64,000 bases of DNA, taken from positions 37,313 to 101,312 of the forward strand of contig JAEXNT010000019.1 in NCBI GenBank assembly GCA_023439545.1, in the 5' to 3' direction. Position 1 is the stretch's first letter. The number at the start of each line of letters is the position of its first letter. Position numbers and translations under genes: made by a program. The notes beneath the pieces were generated by a model that had not been told where the DNA came from, ran no database searches, and saw only the letters and a list, made by a program, of their open reading frames with translations. This DNA comes from Bacillota bacterium. Its GTDB lineage: Bacteria > Bacillota > Clostridia > Acetivibrionales > DTU013. Below are positions 36,728 to 46,425 of the stretch, piece after piece.

Positions 36728-37720
36728 ATGAACGACTTTTCCGGTATTGCCCAGGAATTGTTGAACAGAGACCTCGAACCGGTACAAGCATATATCATTT
36801 TAAAGGACATTCTGGAAGTCGCGAAAAGCGATAATTTGCTTATGAATGTTGAAGAGGAAGCCCTGCGAAGCAAATGGGTCAAAGAACTCGAGGATGCACA
36901 GGAGCCGGATGGTAGCTGGGGACGCTTCCATTCCATGGATTCCGGCGTCAAACGGAAATTCCCGACAACAGAGCACGCCGTAAGAAGAGCTCTTGCCCTC
37001 GGTCTCGACGAAAACAGCAGCGTACTGGCCGAGACAGCAGCGTATATGTCCGCAGTTATCAAGGGAGATGCCGCATGGCCCGACAGAGTCGAGCATTTCA
37101 ACGAATGGCCTGTAACGACCAAAATGATAACTGCCGCCACACTATCGGGGATATCCCGTAATCACCCCGACCTGCGGGCAGTATGGAGCTTGTGGTCGGA
37201 ATTGGTCAAACGCGCTTTCAGCGGGGGCGGGCATGATCCAGACGGCGAAATGGCTGCATTCGGTGAGCTTACCGGAATAAATCCTACGAGAAAATCTACA
37301 AAGCTTGCAAATATGTATCCTTTGACCCTCTTATCTTCAACGGACGGCAAGCTGCCGGACAATATCGAAAAAGCATATCTTGACTGGCTCTGGAACAATA
37401 GAGAGGGCATATACTATCTTACCTCGTCCAGCATGGACATTTTACCCGAGATATCTTCAAAGGAATTTCCCTTCTGGCTCAGAGCGCTCGATCTCTTTAC
37501 GGACTACAGCTATGGCGAGCGCCTGGCTGAAAACGCCATAAATTATATTTGGGGACTGCGGGGCGAGGACGGGTTGTGGGATTTCGGCAACGGCACGAAA
37601 TCGGCCGGTTATGCGAAAAATTACTGCGGATGGCTGTTATCCGACTCATGGAGAGAGTCTTCAGACAGAAAGACCGACTGCACGATCCGCATACTTCTTC
37701 TGCTGAAAAAATTCGCCTGA
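36728..37720 (+). CDS. Hypothetical protein, possibly alpha/alpha-toroid (prenyltransferase/terpene-cyclase-like repeats)
   Basis: DGSWGRF and DGLWDFG QW-like motifs. I made no confident family assignment. Confidence 0.4.
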   Translation: MNDFSGIAQELLNRDLEPVQAYIILKDILEVAKSDNLLMNVEEEALRSKWVKELEDAQEPDGSWGRFHSMDSGVKRKFPTTEHAVRRALALGLDENSSVLAETAAYMSAVIKGDAAWPDRVEHFNEWPVTTKMITAATLSGISRNHPDLRAVWSLWSELVKRAFSGGGHDPDGEMAAFGELTGINPTRKSTKLANMYPLTLLSSTDGKLPDNIEKAYLDWLWNNREGIYYLTSSSMDILPEISSKEFPFWLRALDLFTDYSYGERLAENAINYIWGLRGEDGLWDFGNGTKSAGYAKNYCGWLLSDSWRESSDRKTDCTIRILLLLKKFA

Positions 37721-37744
37721 AAAACCAAAGGCAAGGAGGGACCC

Positions 37745-38587
37745 ATGAAAAAGATCGAAGTACTGTTATTTGCTGTTTTAACCGGATTGATCGGACTGAC
37801 TGCCTGCGGCGGCGGTAAAGAGGCTCCACAGAACGTTAATACGGCGGAGAACACAATTAAAGCGGAAAGCTCAACCGGCAAGGAGACAGCAAAGTTGGTT
37901 GAAGTCTCCGGGGATTACTACGAAAGCGTCCCGGCGGAAAAGGATCGTGTAGAGCTATACAAGTTAAACGAACGGCTCTGGGTACACAAGACTTATATGG
38001 ATATCAGCGGCGCCAGTACGCCATCCAATGGTTTGATCGCGGTCACATCGGACGGCCTGTTCCTGGTCGATACGCCCTGGACCAATGAGCAGACCGACGT
38101 GCTGCTTAAACTGGCAAAGAATGTATTCAAACAGGACATTACCGACGCAGTAATAACGCATGCCCATTCCGACAGGATAGGCGGCATCGATACGCTGCTG
38201 AAAAAGGATATAGAAGTCAGATGTACGGGACTTACTGCAAAGGAAGCGGAGAAAAACGGATTTACAAAGCCTGGGACGATCATCGGTGAGGAGGCAGATT
38301 TTTCTGTCGGAGATATCGACATCGAAACCTATTATCCCGGAAGAGGCCATTCGCCCGACAATATCACCGTCTGGTTCCCCCGGTACAAGGTGCTGTTCGG
38401 CGGGTGTCTGCTGAAGTCCCTGGATTCAAAAGACATGGGAAGCGTTACTGATGCGGATTTAGGACAGTGGCCTTTATCTGTCGGCAAGCTTATAGACAAG
38501 TATCCCGACGCCGAAGTCGTCATTCCCGGGCATGGCCGTTGGGGCGGCTCTGATATATTGGAACATACAGTAGAACTCGTAAGCTAG
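37745..38587 (+). CDS. Subclass B1 metallo-beta-lactamase, lipoprotein
   Basis: Lipobox LTAC. The zinc ligands are colinear with BcII: HAHSDRIGG (H116/H118/D120), GHSPDN (H196), GGCLLKS (C221) and PGHG (H263). Confidence 0.85.
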   Translation: MKKIEVLLFAVLTGLIGLTACGGGKEAPQNVNTAENTIKAESSTGKETAKLVEVSGDYYESVPAEKDRVELYKLNERLWVHKTYMDISGASTPSNGLIAVTSDGLFLVDTPWTNEQTDVLLKLAKNVFKQDITDAVITHAHSDRIGGIDTLLKKDIEVRCTGLTAKEAEKNGFTKPGTIIGEEADFSVGDIDIETYYPGRGHSPDNITVWFPRYKVLFGGCLLKSLDSKDMGSVTDADLGQWPLSVGKLIDKYPDAEVVIPGHGRWGGSDILEHTVELVS

Positions 38588-38669
38588 AGATTTGTGGCAT
38601 ATAATGTTAATTCAGGTATGATAAAAGCTCGGAGATCAGCCGATATTCAATTTGAAGGATGGATGAGCA

Positions 38670-39158
38670 ATGAGTATTGTGAGCGTAAATGAGCATAACC
38701 GTAATATGGTCTCCGAGCTGGTGGCCAAAAACTGGGGTTCTCCATTGGTGGTGTCAAGGGGCAGAGTCCACAGCCCCGCGGACCTGCCGGGTTTCCTGTA
38801 CATGGAAGGCAGCGATATCAAGGGCATAATCTCATACAGCATTTGTGACAACGAATGTGAAATCGTCCTGCTGGAAAGTTTTGAAGAAAACCGCGGCGTC
38901 GGCAGCTCTTTGCTGATGCTTACGATCGAGACCGCAACAAAACTTGGCTGCAGCAGGATATGGCTCATAACGACAAACGACAATACAAAGGCAATGAGGT
39001 TTTACCAGAAAAAATGGTTCGATCTGAAAGCGGTTCACCATAACTCGATAGCGAAAGCCAGACAGCTCAAGCCTGAGATACCGCTGTATGGCAATGACGG
39101 GATTCCGATATTGCATGAGATCGAATTTGAAATGCTGCTGAATGCGGAAAACGAATAG
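38670..39158 (+). CDS. GNAT family N-acetyltransferase
   Basis: NRGVGSSLLMLTIETATKLG motif A, with RFYQKKWF. Confidence 0.75.
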   Translation: MSIVSVNEHNRNMVSELVAKNWGSPLVVSRGRVHSPADLPGFLYMEGSDIKGIISYSICDNECEIVLLESFEENRGVGSSLLMLTIETATKLGCSRIWLITTNDNTKAMRFYQKKWFDLKAVHHNSIAKARQLKPEIPLYGNDGIPILHEIEFEMLLNAENE

Positions 39159-39211
39159 CGCCCCGGTACAATTAGTAATATAATTGAGAAATGAATACCA
39201 AGGAGCCGCAG

Positions 39212-41137
39212 ATGAACCAGAAAAATAGCGAAACAGAATCCCGGTCACAGTTTATAACCGGTTACGACCTGCATCTTTTCAACGAGGGCAGTCACCATAA
39301 AATATTCGAAAAGCTCGGTGCACACCCGGCGATACAGGGCGGTCAAAGCGGGACCCACTTCGCTGTCTGGGCTCCATCGGCTCAAAGCGTCAGCCTCGTA
39401 TGCAATTTCAACCACTGGGACGGCGGGGCGAATCCGATGAAAAGGCTCGACGATTCAGGGGTCTGGGAAGTCTTTATCCCGGATATTGCTCCGGGCGAAG
39501 TTTACAAGTATGAAATCAGGACACCCTCGGGCGAGTTGATACAAAAAGCCGATCCATACGCTTTTTACAGCGAACTCCGGCCCGGTACGGCTTCGATAGT
39601 ATGCGACCTTGATAATTATGAATGGCGCGACAACGAATGGATAAGCGCGAGAGATTCCGGCAGCACATTTGACAAGCCCATTTCCATATATGAAGTACAT
39701 CTCGGCTCATGGGTGCGGTCGGAAGACGGCAGCTTTTTGTCGTACAGGGATTATGCGGCAAGGCTTGTCGATTATGCCGCGGATATGGGCTATACCCATA
39801 TCGAGCTGCTTCCTGTAGCGGAGCATCCTCTCGACGATTCATGGGGCTACCAGGTGACAGGATATTATTCGGTCACAAGCCGGTACGGACGTCCGGAGGA
39901 TTTCATGTATTTCGTGGATGAATGCCACGCGCGCGGGATCGGCGTCATAATGGACTGGGTTCCCGCTCATTTTCCGAAGGACGCATATGGTCTTGCGCGT
40001 TTTGACGGCACAGCGCTGTATGAACACAAGGATCCCCGCCTGGGAGAGCATCCCGACTGGGGAACGCTGATCTTCAATTATACGCGCCATGAAGTCCGGA
40101 ATTTTCTCATTGCCAACGCTGTATTCTGGTTCGAAAAATACCATGTGGACGGTATCCGCGTAGATGCTGTAGCGTCCATGCTTTACCTGGATTACGGCAG
40201 GAAAAAGGGCCAGTGGATCCCGAACAAGTACGGGGGCAATCAGAACCTCGGCGCAGTAGAATTCCTCAAACAGCTCAATGCGACAGTATACGAATATTTC
40301 CCGGGAATAATGATGATCGCCGAGGAGTCCACCTCCTGGCCGATGATAACGAAGCCTCCTTATACCGGCGGCCTGGGATTCACATATAAATGGAACATGG
40401 GCTGGATGAACGATTACCTGCGATACGTCGGTATGGATCCGGTTTACCGCAAATATCACCAGAACCTGATCACTTTTTCCATTATGTATGCTATGTCGGA
40501 AAACTTTGTCCTAGTGTTGTCCCACGACGAAGTAGTGCACGGCAAGCGCTCGATGATCGGGAAAATGCCGGGAGACTATTGGCAGAAGTTTGCAGGCCTG
40601 AGAGTGACCTACGGTTATATGTACGGCCACCCGGGCAAGAAGCTGCTCTTCATGGGAAACGAATTCGGCCAGTTTATTGAATGGGACTTCCACAAAGGCC
40701 TGGACTGGAATCTGCTCGATTACGACAAGCACTCCGGTCTGAAGGACTATATGCGGGATCTGAACAGGCTTTATACCTCGGAAAAGGCAATGCACGAGGT
40801 GGATTTCAGTTATGACGGTTTCGAATGGATTGACTGCAACGACAGCGACCACAGTGTGATATCCTTTATCCGAAAAGGCCGTGATCCCGGCGATATCCTG
40901 GTCTTCATATGCAACTTCACTCCGGTGGTATATGACGACTACAGGTTAGGAGTGCCCTTTGAGGCATATTACAAAGAATTGCTCAACAGCGACGCCGAAT
41001 TGTACGGCGGCAGCAACGTGGGCAATCTCGGAGGCGTTCGGGCGGACAGTATACAGCATATGCAGAAGCCGTATTCCATTAAAGTAAGGATCCCGCCGCT
41101 CGCAATGGTCGTGTTCAAGCCGGAGCCCGCTCAATAA
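39212..41137 (+). CDS. glgB: 1,4-alpha-glucan branching enzyme
   Basis: GH13_9 motifs (DWVPAHF, GIRVDAVASMLY, AEESTSWP, LSHDEVVHGK). AGGAG lies 6 nt before the ATG at 39212. The ORF is open from 39191. Confidence 0.9.
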   Translation: MNQKNSETESRSQFITGYDLHLFNEGSHHKIFEKLGAHPAIQGGQSGTHFAVWAPSAQSVSLVCNFNHWDGGANPMKRLDDSGVWEVFIPDIAPGEVYKYEIRTPSGELIQKADPYAFYSELRPGTASIVCDLDNYEWRDNEWISARDSGSTFDKPISIYEVHLGSWVRSEDGSFLSYRDYAARLVDYAADMGYTHIELLPVAEHPLDDSWGYQVTGYYSVTSRYGRPEDFMYFVDECHARGIGVIMDWVPAHFPKDAYGLARFDGTALYEHKDPRLGEHPDWGTLIFNYTRHEVRNFLIANAVFWFEKYHVDGIRVDAVASMLYLDYGRKKGQWIPNKYGGNQNLGAVEFLKQLNATVYEYFPGIMMIAEESTSWPMITKPPYTGGLGFTYKWNMGWMNDYLRYVGMDPVYRKYHQNLITFSIMYAMSENFVLVLSHDEVVHGKRSMIGKMPGDYWQKFAGLRVTYGYMYGHPGKKLLFMGNEFGQFIEWDFHKGLDWNLLDYDKHSGLKDYMRDLNRLYTSEKAMHEVDFSYDGFEWIDCNDSDHSVISFIRKGRDPGDILVFICNFTPVVYDDYRLGVPFEAYYKELLNSDAELYGGSNVGNLGGVRADSIQHMQKPYSIKVRIPPLAMVVFKPEPAQ

Positions 41138-42921
41138 CCTTTAATCCGCCGCCACTCGGCTATTTTCCGGGCCTGTTTGACGTTCCAATCGTATATTTCG
41201 TTGTAACCGAGGCTTTTAGCCCTGACAGCCATATCGTTATAAAGAGAGTCGAATTCTGCTTGATCCTTTGCAAATACCATCCTCCAGGAGTAGTTCCTGA
41301 TAACGGTGGAGACCTGGCCTTTCTTTTGTTCCAGTGATTTGCCCATATTCTCCGGCGCATTACCTGTAAACACAGGGTCAGCTATGGCAAGCAGCCCGTT
41401 TTTTTCGAAATATTCCCGCGCTGTAAGTACGCCCATCTTTTCCCTCCACTGCGTAACGAGCACAGTGGGTCTGGTGTTGAGGCAGGAAGTCCAGAGATGG
41501 AAATCGTACGCTTCACCCGTCTCAGGATTGATAGCGGTTGGCTGAATGGGGTCAATGTTCATCTGATTCTGCCCGTCCTTGAACGTTCCGCCGCCGAATT
41601 CGGCAGGCACCGGTTCCGGGCTGTTCGGGAGCGTCTTCATACCGTACTCTGTCAGATAAGGTTTCCCGTCGCTTCCGATATCCCAGGTAAGGCCTCTGGG
41701 TCCTGTCCTGATCGTCTGGAACCCCTCGGGGGAATACATCCAGTTGATCAGCTGCATTATCCTCTCGGGATAGGCCGCACCGGCTCCGATCGAGATCAGC
41801 CTGTCGCCTCCGTACGGATTGTAACCCTGTGAATATACCTTCTCTTCTGTAAACGGCACAAGTCTGAAGCCTTTGCCCTGCGCCTGACGATCCTGGGTAT
41901 TGTATATGCTGTCCATCCATGGGAACCATGAGAAAAGGATCTGTCCGTCTTTTAACTTATTAGTTACGTCCTCATATTTCTGTGATATGGAATCGGGGTC
42001 AAGAAGCCCCATCTGATTTGCATTGAAATACAACCTGAGACATTTGACATAGTAACCTCCCGGGTCCAACAGGCTTTGATATTCGTCGTCCCTCGCCGAT
42101 ACCAGGGCATATCCGATCGGGTTGAACCCGTCTGTCTCATCAAAGCCGTAAACATTGCAATATTGCTTGGCCAGGCACATCTTGTCGCTGTCCCAGTCGC
42201 TCCAAAGTGAAAACCCGTAGGTCGGCCAGCCGGTCTCGCTCTTCGGCTCCAACTGCTGCATCTGCCTTAGGATAGGCAGATAATCCTCTATCGTATCTAT
42301 CCTGGGGAATCCAAGCTTTGCATACAGATCCCATCTAAGATCAGGCCCCCAGGTCATGTCCTCTCCTTCGGAAGGTCCGCCCGGCATGTTCGCCGCGTTG
42401 TAACCCAGTCCGTATACGGCGGTTCCTCCGCCTGAATTGATCCTGGCTTTTTCCAGAACCTTGGGATAGTTGGTCACTATCTCCCGGCCATATTTTCCAA
42501 GCAGCCCATTCTGGCCCATATCCAGAAGATATCCGCCCGATATGGAATCCAGGTATTTTGAATCATTATTACCGAATATAACGATGTCGCCAAGGTTCCC
42601 GGAAGCCAGCAGCGTTGAAAATTTAGCTTCGCCGCCTTCGACGTTTGAAGCGACCATATTCATCCTGATATTGAACTTGTCCCTCACGATCTTTCCGAAC
42701 CAGCCCGACTGGATACCCGAATAGTTACCCAGCATGGTAAAAACATTGATATTGTATAATTCCATACCCGAAGGACTTTCCTGCACGGGTTGTCCGACAG
42801 TGCCTGCCGCGGCCGTTTCTATGGCGTCGGTTATTTTTCCGCCGTTCGGGCCGGATACGCACGAGGTGAGACTCATTATCATCAAGAAAGCAATAAAACA
42901 GGCCGAAAACCTCTTCATCAA
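41131..42921 (-). CDS. Large extracellular solute-binding lipoprotein (ABC sugar-binding family), no permease genes adjacent
   Basis: Lipobox LTSC. It is a 596-aa SBP_bac_1-like protein of the kind usually encoded next to YesM/YesN-type systems. Confidence 0.75.
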   Translation of the reverse strand: MMKRFSACFIAFLMIMSLTSCVSGPNGGKITDAIETAAAGTVGQPVQESPSGMELYNINVFTMLGNYSGIQSGWFGKIVRDKFNIRMNMVASNVEGGEAKFSTLLASGNLGDIVIFGNNDSKYLDSISGGYLLDMGQNGLLGKYGREIVTNYPKVLEKARINSGGGTAVYGLGYNAANMPGGPSEGEDMTWGPDLRWDLYAKLGFPRIDTIEDYLPILRQMQQLEPKSETGWPTYGFSLWSDWDSDKMCLAKQYCNVYGFDETDGFNPIGYALVSARDDEYQSLLDPGGYYVKCLRLYFNANQMGLLDPDSISQKYEDVTNKLKDGQILFSWFPWMDSIYNTQDRQAQGKGFRLVPFTEEKVYSQGYNPYGGDRLISIGAGAAYPERIMQLINWMYSPEGFQTIRTGPRGLTWDIGSDGKPYLTEYGMKTLPNSPEPVPAEFGGGTFKDGQNQMNIDPIQPTAINPETGEAYDFHLWTSCLNTRPTVLVTQWREKMGVLTAREYFEKNGLLAIADPVFTGNAPENMGKSLEQKKGQVSTVIRNYSWRMVFAKDQAEFDSLYNDMAVRAKSLGYNEIYDWNVKQARKIAEWRRIKGY

Positions 42922-43067
42922 ACGCCCCCCATATAACTGGTATTATCTTCGGTCAATTAATGGAGTCACTAAAAATCCCAATTACATAATATCAAATAAA
43001 CGGATACTTTAACATACATTTACGCTCAATGCGTCAGCACATAAGCGTTATTATAATGCTGCGCAGC

Positions 43068-43096
43068 AACCCCGAGTATAAAAAGGGCCGCCCTCC
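43068..43096 (-). terminator. Rho-independent terminator after the response-regulator gene
   Basis: Gene-strand GGGCTGCC-tgggag-GGCGGCCC followed by TTTTTATAC. Confidence 0.6.
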
Positions 43097-43117
43097 CAGG
43101 CAGCCCCCATGTGGCAG

Positions 43118-44545
43118 CTAAGTTATTTTGCAGCTAAAGCCGCGTCGCGAGCCGCCCCTGTCGAAGAAACCGTATACCTGCTCCTTCACGGAATCGTAGT
43201 CCGTCAGGTTCAATAAAGCCACACCCGCGGCTGCCTCTTCCTGCTCCTGCAGATTTGCGGCACGGAAAAGCAGCGAGGTTTCATTGAGCAGCCCGTATAA
43301 AAAATTGGTGATCATGTTTTTATCGAGCCACTTGTTTTCATCGATCAGTCTGAACAATTCATCCAGCAGGCTGACGATTTTTTCGCTGTCCGCCGTCCTG
43401 AGGGCGTTCATGAGCTGCTTCGTGAAACTGTTTCCTTTAGCAAGGAATTCACCGGTTTTGGCCGCGTTATCCTGCTGCAGCACAGCCAGTTCGGAATAGT
43501 CGACAGCCGGCGCTACCCCCCAGAAATGTGCAAAATCGAGCGCTTCCCTGGCCTGCCGGCTTGCGCGGTACAATTCTGCCGTGCCTTCCACAGGCGCCCC
43601 TATCCCTGTAATGGTGGATACGCCTCTTTTACTGTAATAATCGTAAATGGTTCTTGCCGCATGCTGCAGGACGTCGGAGGACATATCCCTCTGAAGGGCC
43701 AAAACGAAAAGCGTCCTCGCGTCTTCAGTTACCGCGGTGGCAAAATTGACGCCTGCTTTTACGAGGTCGGACCTAAGTCCGGCGTCTGCCCCCTCCAGAT
43801 CGACGACCAGATCTGCTTTCTCCATACGGTCGACAATCCCCGGACGATCAACCTCTCCCGCGTGGCCGGCTTTACCTGAATGGCCGGCTTTACCTGAATG
43901 GTCGGCTGCACCCGCGTGGTCGGCTGCCATACGAGCCGGATCGCCTTGCAAGACTTCCACGGCAATTACTGAATAAATTCCGTTCGAAGGAAGTATGCCG
44001 AGAGATGACGCCTGCTTTGCAATATCTTTGAAGGCGGTATCCCCGGAGGCTTTATCGTCCAGAAGCCCAAGCAGCAGTTCCCTCCTGACGGCAACGAAGC
44101 TCTCGTCCAACAGTTCCTTCTGCATCTTGTGTTCTTCCTTTTTTTTAGCGTCGCTCACGCATTCGTCCGCAACTTTTTTCAGTACCTCCAGTAACTCTTC
44201 TTCCTCAACCGGCTTGAGTATGTACGCATTTGCATTCATATTTATAGCTTCCCTGGCCAGTTTGAAATCGTCATATCCCGTCAGGATGATTATCTTGACG
44301 TCCGGGATGAATTGCCTGATGCTCTGGCTCATTTTCAATCCATCCATACCGGGCATTTTAATATCCGTAATTATTATATCCGGGCGAAGCACGCGGGCCT
44401 TATCGATCCCTTCAAAGCCGTCGCAGGCCGCTCCTGACAGATCGATCCCGAGGCTCTCCCAGTCCAGGAAATCCATCAGGCCTTCTCTTTCCCACTTCTC
44501 ATCCTCAACAATCAGTAAATTCAGCACTTTAAAAACCCCCTGCAT
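43118..44545 (-). CDS. YesN-like response regulator lacking the C-terminal AraC-type HTH
   Basis: REC domain (LLIVEDEKWEREGL...DIIITDIKMPGMDGL) and a long middle region. The ORF stops at 475 aa, where the HTH_AraC module normally begins. It contains a hexapeptide repeat insert. Confidence 0.75.
   Translation of the reverse strand: MQGVFKVLNLLIVEDEKWEREGLMDFLDWESLGIDLSGAACDGFEGIDKARVLRPDIIITDIKMPGMDGLKMSQSIRQFIPDVKIIILTGYDDFKLAREAINMNANAYILKPVEEEELLEVLKKVADECVSDAKKKEEHKMQKELLDESFVAVRRELLLGLLDDKASGDTAFKDIAKQASSLGILPSNGIYSVIAVEVLQGDPARMAADHAGAADHSGKAGHSGKAGHAGEVDRPGIVDRMEKADLVVDLEGADAGLRSDLVKAGVNFATAVTEDARTLFVLALQRDMSSDVLQHAARTIYDYYSKRGVSTITGIGAPVEGTAELYRASRQAREALDFAHFWGVAPAVDYSELAVLQQDNAAKTGEFLAKGNSFTKQLMNALRTADSEKIVSLLDELFRLIDENKWLDKNMITNFLYGLLNETSLLFRAANLQEQEEAAAGVALLNLTDYDSVKEQVYGFFDRGGSRRGFSCKIT
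43862..43934 (-). repeat. 18-nt tandem repeat x4 inside the regulator gene
   Basis: tggccggctttacctgaa occurs twice, followed by tggtcggctgcacccgcg and tggtcggctgccatacga. Together they encode ...ADHSGKAGHSGKAGHAGE.... Confidence 0.85.
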
Positions 44546-46319
44546 CGATGGTTATGGTAAACTGGGCCCCTATCCCCGGCCTGCTGAAAACTTCGAATGT
44601 ATGGCCCTTTTCATAATATGCACGCAGTCTTTCGATCACATTTTTAATGGCATAACCGCCGCCGGTCCTTTCGACTTTACCCGCTGAAACGTCGGACAGC
44701 GTCCGGCTGTCCATACCGACGCCGTCGTCTATAACCTGCAAAACCAGATCGCCGTCCTTCAGTTCAACCCTGATGATCAACGTTCCGTGCGCGCGTTTCG
44801 GTTCGATGCCATGGTTCAGGGCGTTCTCAACAAGCGGCTGCAGAAGGTTCTTCATTATCATGCAGCCCATAGCTTCCTCATCCAGTCTATACTCCACATC
44901 GAACATATCGCCGAACCGTATTTTCTGTATCTGAAGATAGGCTTTCACCATCTCTATCTCATCCTTGACGGCTATGGCAGTACCGCCCTTGCTCAGCACC
45001 AGCCTGTAATATTTTGCAAGCGAGTTCGAAATGCGTATGACCTCGTCCTGTATTCCTCTCCTGCCTACCCAGGATATGGTTGCCAGAGTATTGTAAAGGA
45101 AATGCGGATTGATCTGGGCTTCCAGCGCTTTCAATTCCGCATCGCGCTCAAGCAGCTGGATCTTGTAGACAGTTTCCACGAGCTCGTGTATCCTACCCGT
45201 CATGTGGTTGAAATTCAATGCCAGCTCGCCGAATTCATCCGTTGCGTTGACAGGTACGGAAACGTCGAGGTTGTTCTCCTTGACCTGTTTCATGGCCTTG
45301 ACGAGTATTTTCAGCCTTCTGAGCAAGGCGTTGGTTATGAAGTAGATAATAAAACCCAGAAGTACCGATAATACTGATAATACGATGAGCAGGTTCGCTA
45401 TCGACGCCCTGGCGTCACTGTTGAAATTCTCCACGGGGAATATGCCCACAATGCTGCAGCCTATATCCTCCACCGGTGTGTTGATGACTATGGACTGCCT
45501 GCCATTGAGATCCTCAAGCCTGTTGGCGGCGTTATTATTGTCGAAGCCGGTAATGCCTACTGCGGACACGTTCTTTAGATACAGGTCCGGTATGTTGTTC
45601 GATACGATGGTACCTTCCGAATTAACGACAAATATCTGGCCCCACTTACTCATGATGGTGTCTCTCAGCATATCGAACAGCAGGTTCTCCCTGACTTCTA
45701 TCTCAACCGTGCCTATACTTGCTTCCGAAGCTGAAACAGGCGAAAGTATCGAGCCTGAATACGAAAATACCTGATCAGGTTCATCCAACCCGGTCCTCAG
45801 TACGTTCCCCAGGGAGCAATGGGCTGTAACCCATCCGCCCCCTTTATGAATGGAGCTCTCAACCTCCCCGAACTTTTCGGGTGAGTCGTCCTTCCTTATA
45901 CTGTAATAGCTGCCGGTCATTTCGGTAAAGATCGTCCTTGGCGTAAATATCCTGATTGAATAGATAAGGTTGTTCTGGCTGTGTACGTTTTCGAGCATCG
46001 GGGAGATGTCGAACTGGAAATCCTTGAGTCTGTCGTTTTCCTTCTCATATTCGTAATAAAAAACGGACTGCACGGAATCGTTCGTTGTAATGATCTGGGT
46101 GATGTTCTCTATCAGCTTAACCTTTTGCAGGATGCTGGCGCGGGTCTGCAGGAGGTTTCTCTCCATAACCATTTTCGCCTGCGATATCGAGTCGTCGGAG
46201 GATTTCATATAGAAATACATGCCAAAAAAGGCCATAGGAATAATAAGGACCAGATAATAGGCGAGTATGAACTTCCAGCTGACACTCAGGTTCCTTAAGA
46301 AAAGAGGAATCCTTTTCAC
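44529..46319 (-). CDS. YesM-like sensor histidine kinase (2 TM, extracellular sensor, HAMP, His_kinase, HATPase)
   Basis: QINPHFLYNTL H-box, and the motifs ENALNHG, DDGVGM and GGGYAIKNV. It overlaps the regulator start by 17 nt. Confidence 0.85.
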   Translation of the reverse strand: MKRIPLFLRNLSVSWKFILAYYLVLIIPMAFFGMYFYMKSSDDSISQAKMVMERNLLQTRASILQKVKLIENITQIITTNDSVQSVFYYEYEKENDRLKDFQFDISPMLENVHSQNNLIYSIRIFTPRTIFTEMTGSYYSIRKDDSPEKFGEVESSIHKGGGWVTAHCSLGNVLRTGLDEPDQVFSYSGSILSPVSASEASIGTVEIEVRENLLFDMLRDTIMSKWGQIFVVNSEGTIVSNNIPDLYLKNVSAVGITGFDNNNAANRLEDLNGRQSIVINTPVEDIGCSIVGIFPVENFNSDARASIANLLIVLSVLSVLLGFIIYFITNALLRRLKILVKAMKQVKENNLDVSVPVNATDEFGELALNFNHMTGRIHELVETVYKIQLLERDAELKALEAQINPHFLYNTLATISWVGRRGIQDEVIRISNSLAKYYRLVLSKGGTAIAVKDEIEMVKAYLQIQKIRFGDMFDVEYRLDEEAMGCMIMKNLLQPLVENALNHGIEPKRAHGTLIIRVELKDGDLVLQVIDDGVGMDSRTLSDVSAGKVERTGGGYAIKNVIERLRAYYEKGHTFEVFSRPGIGAQFTITIDAGGF

Positions 46320-46425
46320 ATCTTTCTCCTACAATTCAGCCGTGAATCATTATGTATCTATAAGTATATCAGAGAAGACGGATATGGACAAGAAAATCCA
46401 GTTAACTATGGGAAAAGGTAGAAGG

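Noticed and set aside
42922-43117. Frameshifted remnant of the missing AraC HTH of the response regulator
   Set aside because: Only 196 bp are available, which is too short for an HTH of about 100 aa. The region is AT-rich promoter-like sequence preceded by a terminator, and no frame shows HTH-like residues.
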